Below are positions 15,301 through 26,447 of a stretch of 38,053 nt of DNA, piece by piece. The DNA lies in contig MU271413.1 in NCBI GenBank assembly GCA_021432655.1, forward strand, positions 1-38,053, read 5' to 3'. The notes under the pieces were generated by a model. It was not told where the DNA came from. It ran no database searches and saw only the letters and a list, made by a program, of their open reading frames with translations. The translations under genes were made by a program, and so were the position numbers. This stretch comes from Atractiella rhizophila (lineage: Eukaryota). How positions within the stretch are numbered: position 1 is the first letter of the stretch; each line of letters opens with the position of its first letter.

Positions 15301-15709
15301 TTTTTGGTCTTTGCTTGGTTTTTCTGAAGTGTCAATAGGGGTAAATCTCAAGTGCAGCAGTAGAGGTTGTAGTGACGGGCAAATGAACATCTTCTCAAAC
15401 CCTCCCACGTTGCTCGAAGGGAAGAAAGAGAACGTACTCCATCATCTGGTCACCAAACAGATCTTCTCCTTCACCTTCGCTTCCATCGCTTACAGCACCC
15501 TCATCACCTGTTATGACGCCATCACTCTGTACTTGCTCATCCTCAGAGCGCATAGAAGGAGGCGGAGAAGACGGTGGAAGGCCAGAGCTGGACGGAAGTT
15601 GGTCCTCTGGCTCTTCTTCAGATGAGGAGTCCGGTCGCCGCCTTTTTCCTGTACTTAATCCAGCCAAAGGGTGAGTAGGCGATCTCCTGGCGCGTGGAGA
15701 GGTGGCCAT
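12383..15709 (-). CDS. MCM2: DNA replication licensing factor Mcm2
   Basis: Acidic N-terminal region, Zn finger CGKC...CQSC, Walker [10 protein letters not shown], Walker [10 protein letters not shown], Arg finger [28 protein letters not shown] is Mcm2-typical. Confidence 0.95.
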
Positions 15710-15764
15710 GCTGAAGTTATTGAGTAGGTGAAGGGTGGTGAGGGCTAAAGTGGTCGTTTATGAG

Positions 15765-15780
15765 ACGCGTTCCGACGCGA
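15765..15780. promoter_or_regulatory. Two MCB-like (MluI cell-cycle box) elements upstream of MCM2
   Basis: ACGCGT at 15765-15770 and ACGCGA at 15775-15780, 56-71 bp upstream of the MCM2 ATG; MBF/MCB control of G1/S genes is established in fungi. Confidence 0.55.
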
Positions 15781-15869
15781 CTGTAGCTTCGGTGCCGCAC
15801 AAAATGACAGATTCACTGTTTTTCAACTCAGAGCACCCATAATCATAATACGTTTCAAAAAAAAAAAAT

Positions 15870-17774
15870 CTATTCTGGATTCCGAGGTTCAGTGGCTACT
15901 CCCCCCACGCTCTTTCTTGGAGAATCTCCTCCCACCCATTCCCAAACAGCAACATTCTCCCCTTTGTGCGTCCTCCTGGTTGCCCTCACGTTACTGTTCG
16001 CAGCGACCTTTTTCTCCACCTTAGCCCATACTCGCTTCCGCTCCACTGGAGGATATTCGTCCATCAGACTATCCCTTAAATAGACAGGGACAACATAATC
16101 GTAGGGGTGAGAAACAGGGTCTATTCGGTTCATCAAGGCCTGTTTGTCTCATTAGCTATCTCGTTGGTGGAGGGGAGGATTGCGTACATTGTCTCGCACC
16201 GTATCAATGGCTTGTTGGTATAGCTCCCTGGCAAGAAGTGGTTCGGAGCGCCAGCTCTTCCATAAGCCGCGCAATTTGAAGAGTTGGTACGCGGCAGTTG
16301 CGATAACTAGGATACAAACTCAGTCTCTAGCTCTAGCACGATCGAATACAGCAGCATATAGAGGGACTGAAAGCAAAGAGAAGACAAACCAATGATCCAT
16401 ATCTTGTTTCTCCAAAGCCACTCAAAAGTCCTCAAGCGAATCCAGCACTTCCATCCCAACTCCTCAGTCGTGCTCGCAATCCAATCCCCCTTTACGATAC
16501 ACTGTGGATCTGCCTCCAGCTCTCTACGAATCATACTCCAGAGTGTGGCCTCATCGTCCACTTCCCCCACCCATTCTCGAACGGTGTTCCAGTCAACCCC
16601 CATCTCCCTCTCGCGATCTTTATCACCCCACCACCTCCTCTGATTGCAAAGAACCTCGCCTCGTTTCCTCCTCAACCTCCCTTTAATCTCAGCCACCAAC
16701 TCCACCACAAACTGAAGCGCCTCCGTATCTGCTATGCATGCAGGAACTATGCCCAGCGGCGGAATAGGAGGTAAAAAAGCGCCAAATTGCAAGGTGTGCG
16801 GTAGTAGGACGAAAGCATCGGCTGACGCCGACGTATTACAACCTGTGATCTCTCCTCCTGTACATGTTGCGCGCGGAGGACAAGGATAGCATCCTGGTCG
16901 GGGAAAGAGGGTGGAAGGTGGTCGATGGTGCATAAGCAAATTGTAAGAAGATGACGGGTCGCAGAATCCAATGCGTTGTTTCTCCCAAGTCCAGAGGATA
17001 GTCCATACGATCAGAGTAAGAGCTGCGACCGATAGGAGAGCAGAACGAACGCGCATCCCCAGGGTCTCCTCTTCAGTGCTTTTCAAAATGGACAGAACCG
17101 GAGGCTTTGAAGGATGAGCGTTCCAGCCTTCATCGCTGAGGGAGGGAGAAGCTTGAGGGGATGCAAATGCGCGTTGGAATCTTGCCGGCGTAGAAGCTTG
17201 CATTCGCGCTTTCTTGACACTATAAAAGAAGATTTCGTCCAGATTCGACTGTTCTTCTTCTTTTTCTCTAAAGGGCGGAGTTCTTCTCCGGCGACTCTCA
17301 GACCTGGGCAAAGAAAAATATGTAGGAGTGCGAGGCGTGGACGGTTCAGCAGATGTAACAGTTGGGGACCAAGTTGCATGTCCCGGAAAGTTTTGAACTC
17401 TGCTAGATCCTACGGGTGAAGTCGTAGCAGGAGATTGGTTGGACCAAGACGAGGGAAGTTTTGATGGTGAGGACGCTCGAGGGCGCTTCTTAGCTCCTGT
17501 CTTACTCTCTGATGTTCGAGGGGGCGATTGGAAGGGATTGTAGGAGCTGAAAGAGCTTTCGCCGTCATCCTCCAACGAGAGGTAATCTGACTGATTCCGA
17601 TGTCAGTATAAACTATTGATATCTCAACTCTTACTGCATGTCCAGCTCCTCTAGAAGGACGTGAGACATCTTCTCCTTGCGATGGGGCATGTATTGACTG
17701 CATGACTGACGTTAGCAAGCGCAATACATGATTATGATTCAAACACATACTGATCGTGCCTTTCTTGGAGGCAT
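15870..17774 (-). CDS. Inner nuclear membrane protein with Man1-Src1p C-terminal domain (Src1/Heh2-like)
   Basis: Spliced start MPPRKARS|SIHAPSQ...GHA|SDYLSLEDDG; TM helix then luminal RIGFCD...CYPCPPRATC; winged-helix tail LRDSL...VWAKVEKKVAANSNVR...VWEWVG. Confidence 0.82.
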
Positions 17775-18703
17775 TCCACTTTGTTTAGTGTAAGAAAATA
17801 GGTTGGGGTACACTAGATGTATTTTATCAGAAGGGCAATCATGCAATGCCTGCAAAGAAGTGAATGGAGAGTGTTGAGTGGTTCAAGTTGTTTGGCAGAC
17901 AAAGTAGAAGCAAGCAGAGCCTATGGAGCACAAAACGCGACTTAGGCGACCAGCCATGCTCGGCACTTTGACTCTGCCATGGAAGTACAATACGACAATA
18001 AGGACTCCGCGTTAGGACTAAAGCAAAACTCTTTGTGCATCCATTTTGAGAATGAAAGAGTCATCCGTTATCGCTAAAGCATGAGCAGAAGCTCAACCTC
18101 GCGCAACATGAGCAATATCGAGAAGAAAATGGCATACCTTAACTCGTACGTGAAGAAAGATACGGTGATACCTTCGGTTCTCCCTGGAAGCTCCTTTGTG
18201 AAGTGTCAAGTCAGGGTTCAAACCTTAAACAAAGGGTAACAAGGTGCTCGATTAAAGTTAGTCACTGGACTTGAATAGCGAATGTTAGTCATACATTTTA
18301 GTCATGCATTAATCAATAATGTAGAGCTACGTTGACTACAGTATAGTCTGAAAGCTCTGAAATATGATCACAACAACAAAAATTAATCAATAATCAACTG
18401 TTGCGACTGGTTGGGATCTTTTGCCAACTGGCAATCGAGCATAATTTCTCTGCTATCACGTTCGATGTAGTTGACATGGCGCATTTCCATCTGGCTACTT
18501 CACTGTGTTACTGGTGTAAGGCCGAAATGTGTATTAAGGACAGACTCAAGACCACTTCGAAGCAGAAAGTAGATCCTTGCTTGAATCTGTGTTTGGAGCT
18601 TAAGTATTGAATACTATGGACAAGAATTGAGGCTACTCTTACTGATTACTTAACAACGATGACAGAAAAGGAAGTCGAGGGACAAAAGATAAAAGAAATG
18701 GAG

Positions 18704-20020
18704 CTAAGAGGCAGGGACTTCTTCCATGTCGATATCATAATCGTCGTCATCGTCGCTCTCCCCAGTCCCTGCAGTCTCGTCATTCATCATCGAGTCGGGA
18801 TTAAGCCTCGCTTCCTCTTCCAGTTTTTCTTTGACCTCTCGCTTTTGATTTTCTCCAAGGCCCTTGAAAGCCTCCTTAAGAACCCATTGATTGGTCGTGT
18901 CTCCCTTCTTCGACAAAACGGCGATTTGGCTAAGAACCTCCTTTAGCCAAGCCTCAGGTTGCCGCAGCTTCTCGCGCAATTCTTTGATCGTGTACGCTTC
19001 CCGCTGGTTGAAACATGCAAAAAGTTGGTCGAGTAGCTCGTTGCGAGGTATACGCGCATTTCGGATGTCGCCATTGGTATGTTTCTGTTTCTGAGACAGT
19101 GCGAAATCTCCAAAATCCTGATTCTGTCTTCCCATGGTTGCTCCTGATGTAAGTCGACTTGATTGGTCTTGAGTTAAATCCAGCTTCATGGTCTGAGCGC
19201 AGGGCTAAGAAAATAACAACAACAGATCTAGCTACATACCTTCCGTTTTGGTGCGCTGGCCATCACACGCTGGCGAAGAAGCTGACGATACGTCTCGCTG
19301 GCGTGTGTGACTTCGACGGAGCAATCATGCACGATTTGTCCGAGGAGCGTAGGAGGTGCGATTACTTCGCGAAAGTGTTCAGCTCGTCCACTGTCGGAAA
19401 TGGCCCACAACCTACCTCCTTGCCCAATATCCCGACCTTCAACAAACGCGTATGTGTTCCTCACTGATCCTTCACGCATCGCCATTTTATACTCTTCGCT
19501 TCCTCTCTGCATCTTCTCCCCCTCAAATTGGGAGACCGGTGTCGAGGTTCCACTGCTGCTGCCAACTTGGAAAGGCTGAGATAGTGACTTCGGGTCGTCT
19601 GGCTGAATTGAAAGTATTTCCGGCGGCACAATGATAGATATCTTGTCACTAATACCAGTGACGTATTTTCGTTGGCGCCACATGGAGCCAGGGAAAAAAG
19701 CACGAACGACTTGGGCAACACTTTCAACGTGCCAAGTTGTACGTCTTCCTCTTTGACTGCTGCCCATCTATCCAGTAAGAATTTCGGCACCTTTACAGAA
19801 ATCTCGCCAATTTGTCCTCAATACGAAGCACAGTACACACCTTGATAAGCCACACTTTATCCAAGTGACCTTCGTGCTCTGCACTACCAAAAGAAAGCAC
19901 TTGATCATTGGCCTCCTCTTCTGCCAATATCTCATTTATTGCAGCAGCTTCAATTGCGTCATATGTAGAAGCATCAAAGCCAAATGTTTCATCTCCTTCG
20001 TCGATATCCGCGAAGCTCAT
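18704..20020 (-). CDS. TFG2: Transcription initiation factor IIF beta subunit (Tfg2/RAP30)
   Basis: KVWLIK|VPKFLLDRW, GQIVHDCSV and winged-helix ARIPRNELLDQLFACF...LRQPEAWLKEVLSQIA. Confidence 0.9.
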
Positions 20021-20284
20021 TCTGAGGGAAATGACCCAAGAGTCGTCGTTGTGTTTGCTTCCTCCAACTGTGAGTCAACCGTTTGGTACGCCACTGACGG
20101 TCACCTGACTTGGTCATTTCACGTAATGTTCACTCGTTGGCCGCCTTTTGAAATCTAGTGTTGCTCCCCAGATGTCTTTTGCAGAACTGAAGATACGCCG
20201 AGACTCTAAGCAGGTGATTCCCACAATTCCTCAACCAAGAGGTCTGTCCCTGAGCCCTTGGGTTACGCTTTCTGATAACTGATA

Positions 20285-22106
20285 ATGCCTGCAGATGGAA
20301 CAGCACAAATCCAGAGTGTACCACCTGACGAAAAACAAAAAGAGCACTACTATAGCGATTATGAAGGCATTCCTTCCGATACTATTGATATTCGATTTTC
20401 TCCCTTGAACGAACGAGGGTTGTACACTAAAAAGACAATTCAGCCTGGCAGCTGCATCATTGCGATACCTCCTTATGTAGCGGTTCTCGACAATATGAAT
20501 CTATCGTCTCATTGCAGCAACTGCTATTCTTCACGGGCCAAACTGCAGCGGTGTTCCGGTTGCAAGATCGTGAACTACTGCTCGCCTGTAAGTAGAGTAC
20601 CATCTCCATCAAAATGTCAACCGAGTTTTGTACTAGGGTTGTCAGAGATTGGATTGGAACGATGTTCATAAACATGAATGCAGAGCTCTCAAAGTCCAGA
20701 AGGATGGAATTGTAGAAACACCTATTCGAGCGATGGGCAGAATTCTTTGGAAACGGCAGGCTGATCCCGGCAAGGTAGTTCCCCACTCGTCATATCAAGT
20801 GGCCATTGCTGATGGCCCTGTGTAGTGGAAAGAAATTCAAGCTTTGAAATCCCGTTGGTTTTCCGCTCCTGAGATGCAGGGTTCAAACTAAGGTATATGT
20901 TTCAAAGACAAAGATGATATGGCTTCGGGACAAAAGGAGCGCTACGGAAAGCTAGCCATGGCTCTAGGATACTATATTGGACCTGAATCGATAAAAAAGA
21001 ATTTTAGCGAAGCCGCTGAATTAATGGACTTTTGCTGTCAAGTGAGTACATGGCGAAGTTGATTTGCAGTGGCTGAATGCCACTAATGTCTGGGAATAGT
21101 TTGCGTCCAACTCCTTCTCGCTGACATCATATGACCTCGATAATATTGGAGTGGCAATTTCTCCAGCTATAGGTTAGATTCCTTTCCAATTTTCGTCCCC
21201 GCTAACTCCTATTTAGCCTTGATTAATCATTCTTGCACTCCAAACGCTGTCGTCGTCTTCCCAAATTCCTCACAAATGGCGGTCGTGGCACTTCGCCAGT
21301 TGGAAGACGGAGAGGAAATACTCACATCATACATTGACATTTCACTTCCCGTGGACATGAGACAAGCCGATCTGAAGGACACGTACTTCTTCACCTGCAA
21401 ATGCCAACTCTGCACACTTGGTTCGACATTGGACCCTCGAAAGTCCTTACATTGCCAATCTTGCGGTGCCATGATGCCGTTTCCAGACGACGGACCTGGA
21501 GCGGAAGCTGGAGCGAGCATCTCTTCTCTGTGTTCTTCCTGTAAGAACATCAGCACACTGGATGTTGCACAAGTCGAGACGGACATTTCACTCGCGAATC
21601 GTACACTTCAGCGAGTTGCCAACATGATAGATCCTCAGAAAGCCCTTCCACTTCTTCTCCCTTCCATTTCCAGCCTCCTGCATACCCACCACCTGCATCC
21701 AGCTTCCCATCCACTCTTCTCCTTACTTCGTTTGGCACAATCTCATCTCCTCGCTTCCGGTCCTTCGCATTTTGCGGCAGCTGGAAAAATGAATGATCTC
21801 GTTATCAACGGTGCAGAATATCTGTATCCTCAACGTCACCCTGCTAGAGGTGTCGCCAGGGCTGTCGGAGTACAGCTACGAGTTGCCAGGGACGTAGAAG
21901 GCGGAGCAGAAGGAGGGAATCTCAGGGAAAGGAGAATTAAGCTGCTCGAAGTGGAACTTGATGCGAAGAAATGCTTGGAAGAACTGACTGGATTTGGAGC
22001 TGGCGCGAAATTGAGGACCGAATTGGAACAAGTACTAGACGGAGTCCAAAAGGAAAGGAGAGTTGCTGAGGAGGTAGAAAGAATGACAATAGGGAAAATC
22101 TCATAA
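20285..22106 (+). CDS. SET and MYND domain (SMYD-like) lysine methyltransferase
   Basis: RGLYTKKTIQPG (N-SET), MYND CSNC...CSGCKIVNYCS, NHSCTPN, GEEILTSYID, post-SET FTCKCQLC. Confidence 0.88.
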
Positions 22107-22508
22107 ATCAAAAGGACAGTGAGTGAGGATGTCCTTAAACTACGACGTTTGCTCAACCATATCTACACAATGAAGCAGGGGTACAATCCATCGCAGTGTG
22201 CAAAAGAAAATTGCTCACACTGAGTTACCCTGAAGTTAAGAACTTTCTCGCGTTAATCCTTTGCTCGAATCAGTAAAGTAGCCACAGGAGGTTTGATGAC
22301 CACCTTTAGGGTTCAATTGTCCTACAGTGGCAGCAGAGAGTATCTAAATAACCTCATGCTGTGTACTGAACGCGCTGGACGCGCAATCTAGACGGGTTCC
22401 TTTCTTTAAACGACATAATTAAGTCCTGCGAAGTCTGACAAAGATCAGTTAATTCCGTAACTGAAGACACTTCTTGAAAAGCACGACGGAACAGTAATAC
22501 AGGAGAGC

Positions 22509-23596
22509 TTAATGTGACCACCTCAGAAGTGCGTCGACTAGTCTTCTTCTCACGCACTCTCCGTACCTCCCAACATCAGAGCACCACACCTTTCTCAAAA
22601 TATCCACCTCTTTCAGCATATCCGCCTTTCCAGACTCAGCCAACGCGACTAGCATTTCATCCAGAAGCTGACAAAATATGCACAACGCGTCCTTCGCTGC
22701 TTCTTCCTGTCCTTCAGATGGAGGAGACGGTGATACGGTCAAAATCACGTAGATTTGTGACAAAATAAAAGTAGGGAGCAAAGGATGCGCTGGAAGAGAA
22801 GGGAGGAGAGGAGGATCTGGTTGGGTATGTAGTCCGCCAGCGCTGTTCCCAAAGTAGAAGGCATGGAATGCCTTTGCCTGCTCCCATACCAGGCGTAAAC
22901 GCCTTGAAAGGTATTCTTCTGCCTGTATCGCCCTCTCGGGTCAGCATTTAGAAGCTGAGCACATCTGGCCGATATAACTTACGTTCGACGGCCACGTTCC
23001 CACAACTTGAAAACCTTTCAGCACCAACTCGTCGATCATTTCCACTTCTGTAGGGACAAGAGGATTCGTTGGATCCTCAAGAAACCCTTTCGAGGCTGAC
23101 AACATCCTAGAGAATGTAGACAGACGTGCGGGTAGGGGAGCTGACACCGAAGGAAGGAGAGAAGAGAGCGATGAAAAGTGGGATGAGAGAGCTGGACGGG
23201 TGGGGATCACCTTGGATTTATTGTTTGCCGACTTTGATTTAGACCCCTTGGTAGCCTTCAAAGTTGAAGTTGAAGCTTGAGGCGGCTGAGAAACGTCGTT
23301 TAAGCGCGACTGAGCTGAACGAAGCGCGTCCACTTCATTCTTGGTTTCTTCGAGTGCAAGGGAGAGCTCGACGGCGCGTTCTTTAAGAAGAGTAAGGCGG
23401 AGGGACTGTATGTAGTCTGTTAAGTATGCTCGCGTTTATACAACGTCTTTCGAGCTCAAAAGAACCTGCCGTGAATGTTGCTTGTGGCTGGCATGGTACG
23501 TAAGATAGCACCAGCCTGTTCAGATTGTTAGCAAATTTGGCATCAAATAGAAATACAAACAGTGGCCAGTCGTAGTGGTAGCAGAGAGTCCTCCAT
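22509..23596 (-). CDS. Putative MEI4/Rec24-like meiotic double-strand-break protein; 4 exons, one GC-AG intron
   Basis: Spliced N-terminus MEDSLLPLRLATAGAILRTMPATSNIHDYIQSLR followed by a coiled coil, then ORF pieces 22941-23333 and 22509-22781 joined in frame. Family call is by eye only. Confidence 0.5.
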
Positions 23597-23789
23597 GATA
23601 TATCTGGATTTAGTAAAGGTATTACTTGACATAGCTGTTATTTGCTGAGAACATTAATTCTCCGAGGTTAATTGCGAATGTATTAATTTGCTGCGGATAG
23701 TTGAACGTGAAATTTGGTACTGCCGCAACTTCATTGAAGAAATTGCCGACTATTCCTTTATTCCTTTCACAAATCATTTCAGAAAGCAA

Positions 23790-24131
23790 ATGACGATGAG
23801 CTCCATCACAGAAGTCAGCCAAGTTTCATCTGCAGAGGAGCGTCCACGCATTACCAAGCGCAAACTCGAGTCCGTAATCAGTCTCTTGGACTCAGCAGCT
23901 CTCGCACCTGTCACAGAAGAGCGTCCAAAGAAGCTTATCAAACGGGCAGAGCCGTACGTCTGTTCTTATTTAATCAGTAACTATAACAACTGAATAACCA
24001 AAAAAACGTCTTGTTGCAGTGTACAATGGGCACCCCTGATAGCTCACGATGGACTAAGTGAAATTAATACTCAGACGTCGAATGAAGTACAGAAACTTCT
24101 ACTGAGCGTTAATATCGAGAACTGGTCGTAG
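23790..24131 (+). pseudogene. Short spliced ORF (~91 aa), possibly a truncated 5' remnant of a zf-C3HC/Rsm1 (NIPA-like) gene
   Basis: Exon 23790-23953 (ITKRKLESVISLLDSAA...ERPKK), canonical intron 23954-24019, then runs into the 3' end of the opposite-strand ORF and stops. Confidence 0.3.
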
Positions 24132-26447
24132 CGCTGTGATTCGTTGTCACGTTGGAAAATTCTGAATACTCCAACGCAGGCGAAGATCGTCTCCGTGGTC
24201 TTGAACCTGAGCCGCTGGCGTGAGACGTAGCACTGTTTGCTGACTTCTGGCGTCTATTTTTGCTGCTAAAGGATGTGAGAAGAGCGCGATCTGAAGGAGC
24301 ACGATCGGGGACAGTAGGGATACGAGACAGGGCGGAGCGTTCATCTTCCCTCCTGGACGTTCCATGATCGCTTGAGTTGGCCCGATGTGATTCTCGAACC
24401 ATGTCGCTGAACTCGCTAGATCTCGGCATATCCATTCGTTGGCGGGAAGCTTCTGGCCGTGATAGGTGGGGTTGGTGGTACTGACGGTCGTCTTCTCTAG
24501 AGGTTGAGAAATGCGATCTGCTTTCCGGGACTGGCGTGAGATAGTCTCTGTGCGAAGGTCGGTCATCGTAGTCTGTGTATCGGCGACTAGTCGCAACTCG
24601 GTGGTGACCTGTTTCTGTTGGTGCAATGGAATGATCGTCCCTCGAGTATCTACTCTCGTACTCCATCCTTCGTTCCCGCTCACGAGCCTCTCGCTCATCT
24701 CTTCCTCTGCCAATAGACCCATTCAATCTGCCCAAGTCTTGGCGAACAGTCTGCACGTAGGCATAATCTCCGCCAGGTTCTCCAATATCACTCAAGCGCT
24801 CTCTCTTCCTTTCCATTTCCCTCTCCCCCCATGTTTCCTTCTCTCTCCATAGCTCGTCGTCTCTCCTCCTCTCCTCGATACTCCTTCTTTCTTCCTCTCT
24901 CCGCCCCTCCTGTCTCCTCTTTTCCTCAGCCCGCCTCTCTGCCCTCCGTTCCCCATCCCTCCTCTCGTCATCTTCCCCCTTCCTCCTCACGTGGTCATAG
25001 TCCTGAGACGAACCACCATATCCATCCCCGCGTTCTACTCGCATTCTCTCGTCATCTCTTCGCGTCCTCCGTTCCCCATGACCATCGTAGCCTTGAGAAG
25101 AACCGCCATAGCGTTCCCTCCTGCCCTCGCTCCGCTCCGGATCATACTCTGACATGTTGTCGTAACCCCACGTCGTTTCTCTCCCAATGTAACCACGGGA
25201 AGCCTCATCCTTTAAAGACTGGCTCGAGCCCTCATGTCTGATTGGCATCCTCAACTCACCATTAACCGAGCTCCTAGATTCCTGCCTTCTCAAAGATTCC
25301 CTGGAAGGAACGGATCCAAGTGGCATCCTCCGCTCTCCGTTGAGCGAGTCCCTCGACTTCTCCCTCTGTAATTCCCTCGATTTTGTCTCTTCAGCAGAAG
25401 CTTCACTGGATATGTTCCCGCTCCTTTCTTTGCCTTCTCCTTTATTGTCTTGAGTGACAAACTCGACCTTGAACCCATTCTCCTCGAGAATGAACTTCTT
25501 GACTGGCTTATGCTGGTTATCGACCAGTATATCAACTAGGCTGCCAATACTGTGAGTGGATTGAAGAGGGGCTGGACGAGTTACAGGGCCCGTAGTCAAG
25601 TCAGACGGCGGAGGAGGAGGCTGACTTGTCACAGGAGCAGGAGCGTAAGGAAGAGCTGGTGACGAAGATGGAGGATAAGCTGGCGAAGGAGCATGTCGTG
25701 AAGGAGGAGGAGGGATAATGTTGGCTATCGATGGAACAGGACGGCGTGGGGCAGACGTTGAAGGGGGAGGAGGGAAGGCTGGAGATGGAGCGAATTGTCT
25801 GGAGAAGGATGCAGGCGACGGAGCGGGATGGTGTGCCGCAGAAGGAGGACTGAAAGGCTGTCGTCGGACTGGGTGCAGGTGTCTTCTTCCCACCTCCCAT
25901 TCAGGACGCCTTCCCAGTAGAGGTGCTGAAGCGGGAGTAGGTGCATAGTGATCTGAATACGAAGGACTGAACGATGCAGAATAATGTGTCGGTCTCCTCG
26001 GGAACTCTCGTTCGAGAGGTCTTTCGGGGAGCGAAGCCGAAGGAGAGACATGTTGGAACGTAGCACTCGATGGAGGGTTGAATGTATCATGAGGGTAGCT
26101 GGGTCGACTGCCAGTCTCTCGCCTCGAAAACTTATCAGGCAAAGAAAGTGGCGTATGAACCGGCGGGGTTGGAGGGTCCTGAAAGAGGTCTCTTAACGCG
26201 TCATTCGATGCGCTCTTCCTCGCCTTGGGCACAAAGATAACCGGAGGCCTGTCTCCACTTCCATAATCCTCATCTGCGTCCTGACCATCCAGATTGCGGG
26301 ACGGCCGTGTTTGCCCTGGCAAACCGCTGTTGACAGCAGGATTACGATTTGTAGGAGGGAGAGGAGGAGGTAGCATTGAGCTGCTGGGTAAAGCGGAGGT
26401 GGGAGGAAGAAATGTGGAAATGTGATGGCGGGCGTCACAATGGATAA
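24109..26447 (-). CDS. Duplicated last exon of the WOPR gene, carrying the native C-terminus (contains the 755-aa ORF from ATG 26376); Pro- and Arg/Glu-rich low complexity
   Basis: Intact frame; preceded by duplicated 56-nt intron 26448-26503; extends past the repeat boundary to stop at 24109. Expression unknown. Confidence 0.5.

Noticed and set aside
17775..18703. Short ORFs between the Src1-like gene and TFG2
   Set aside because: Under 70 codons, no motif and no convincing splice model.
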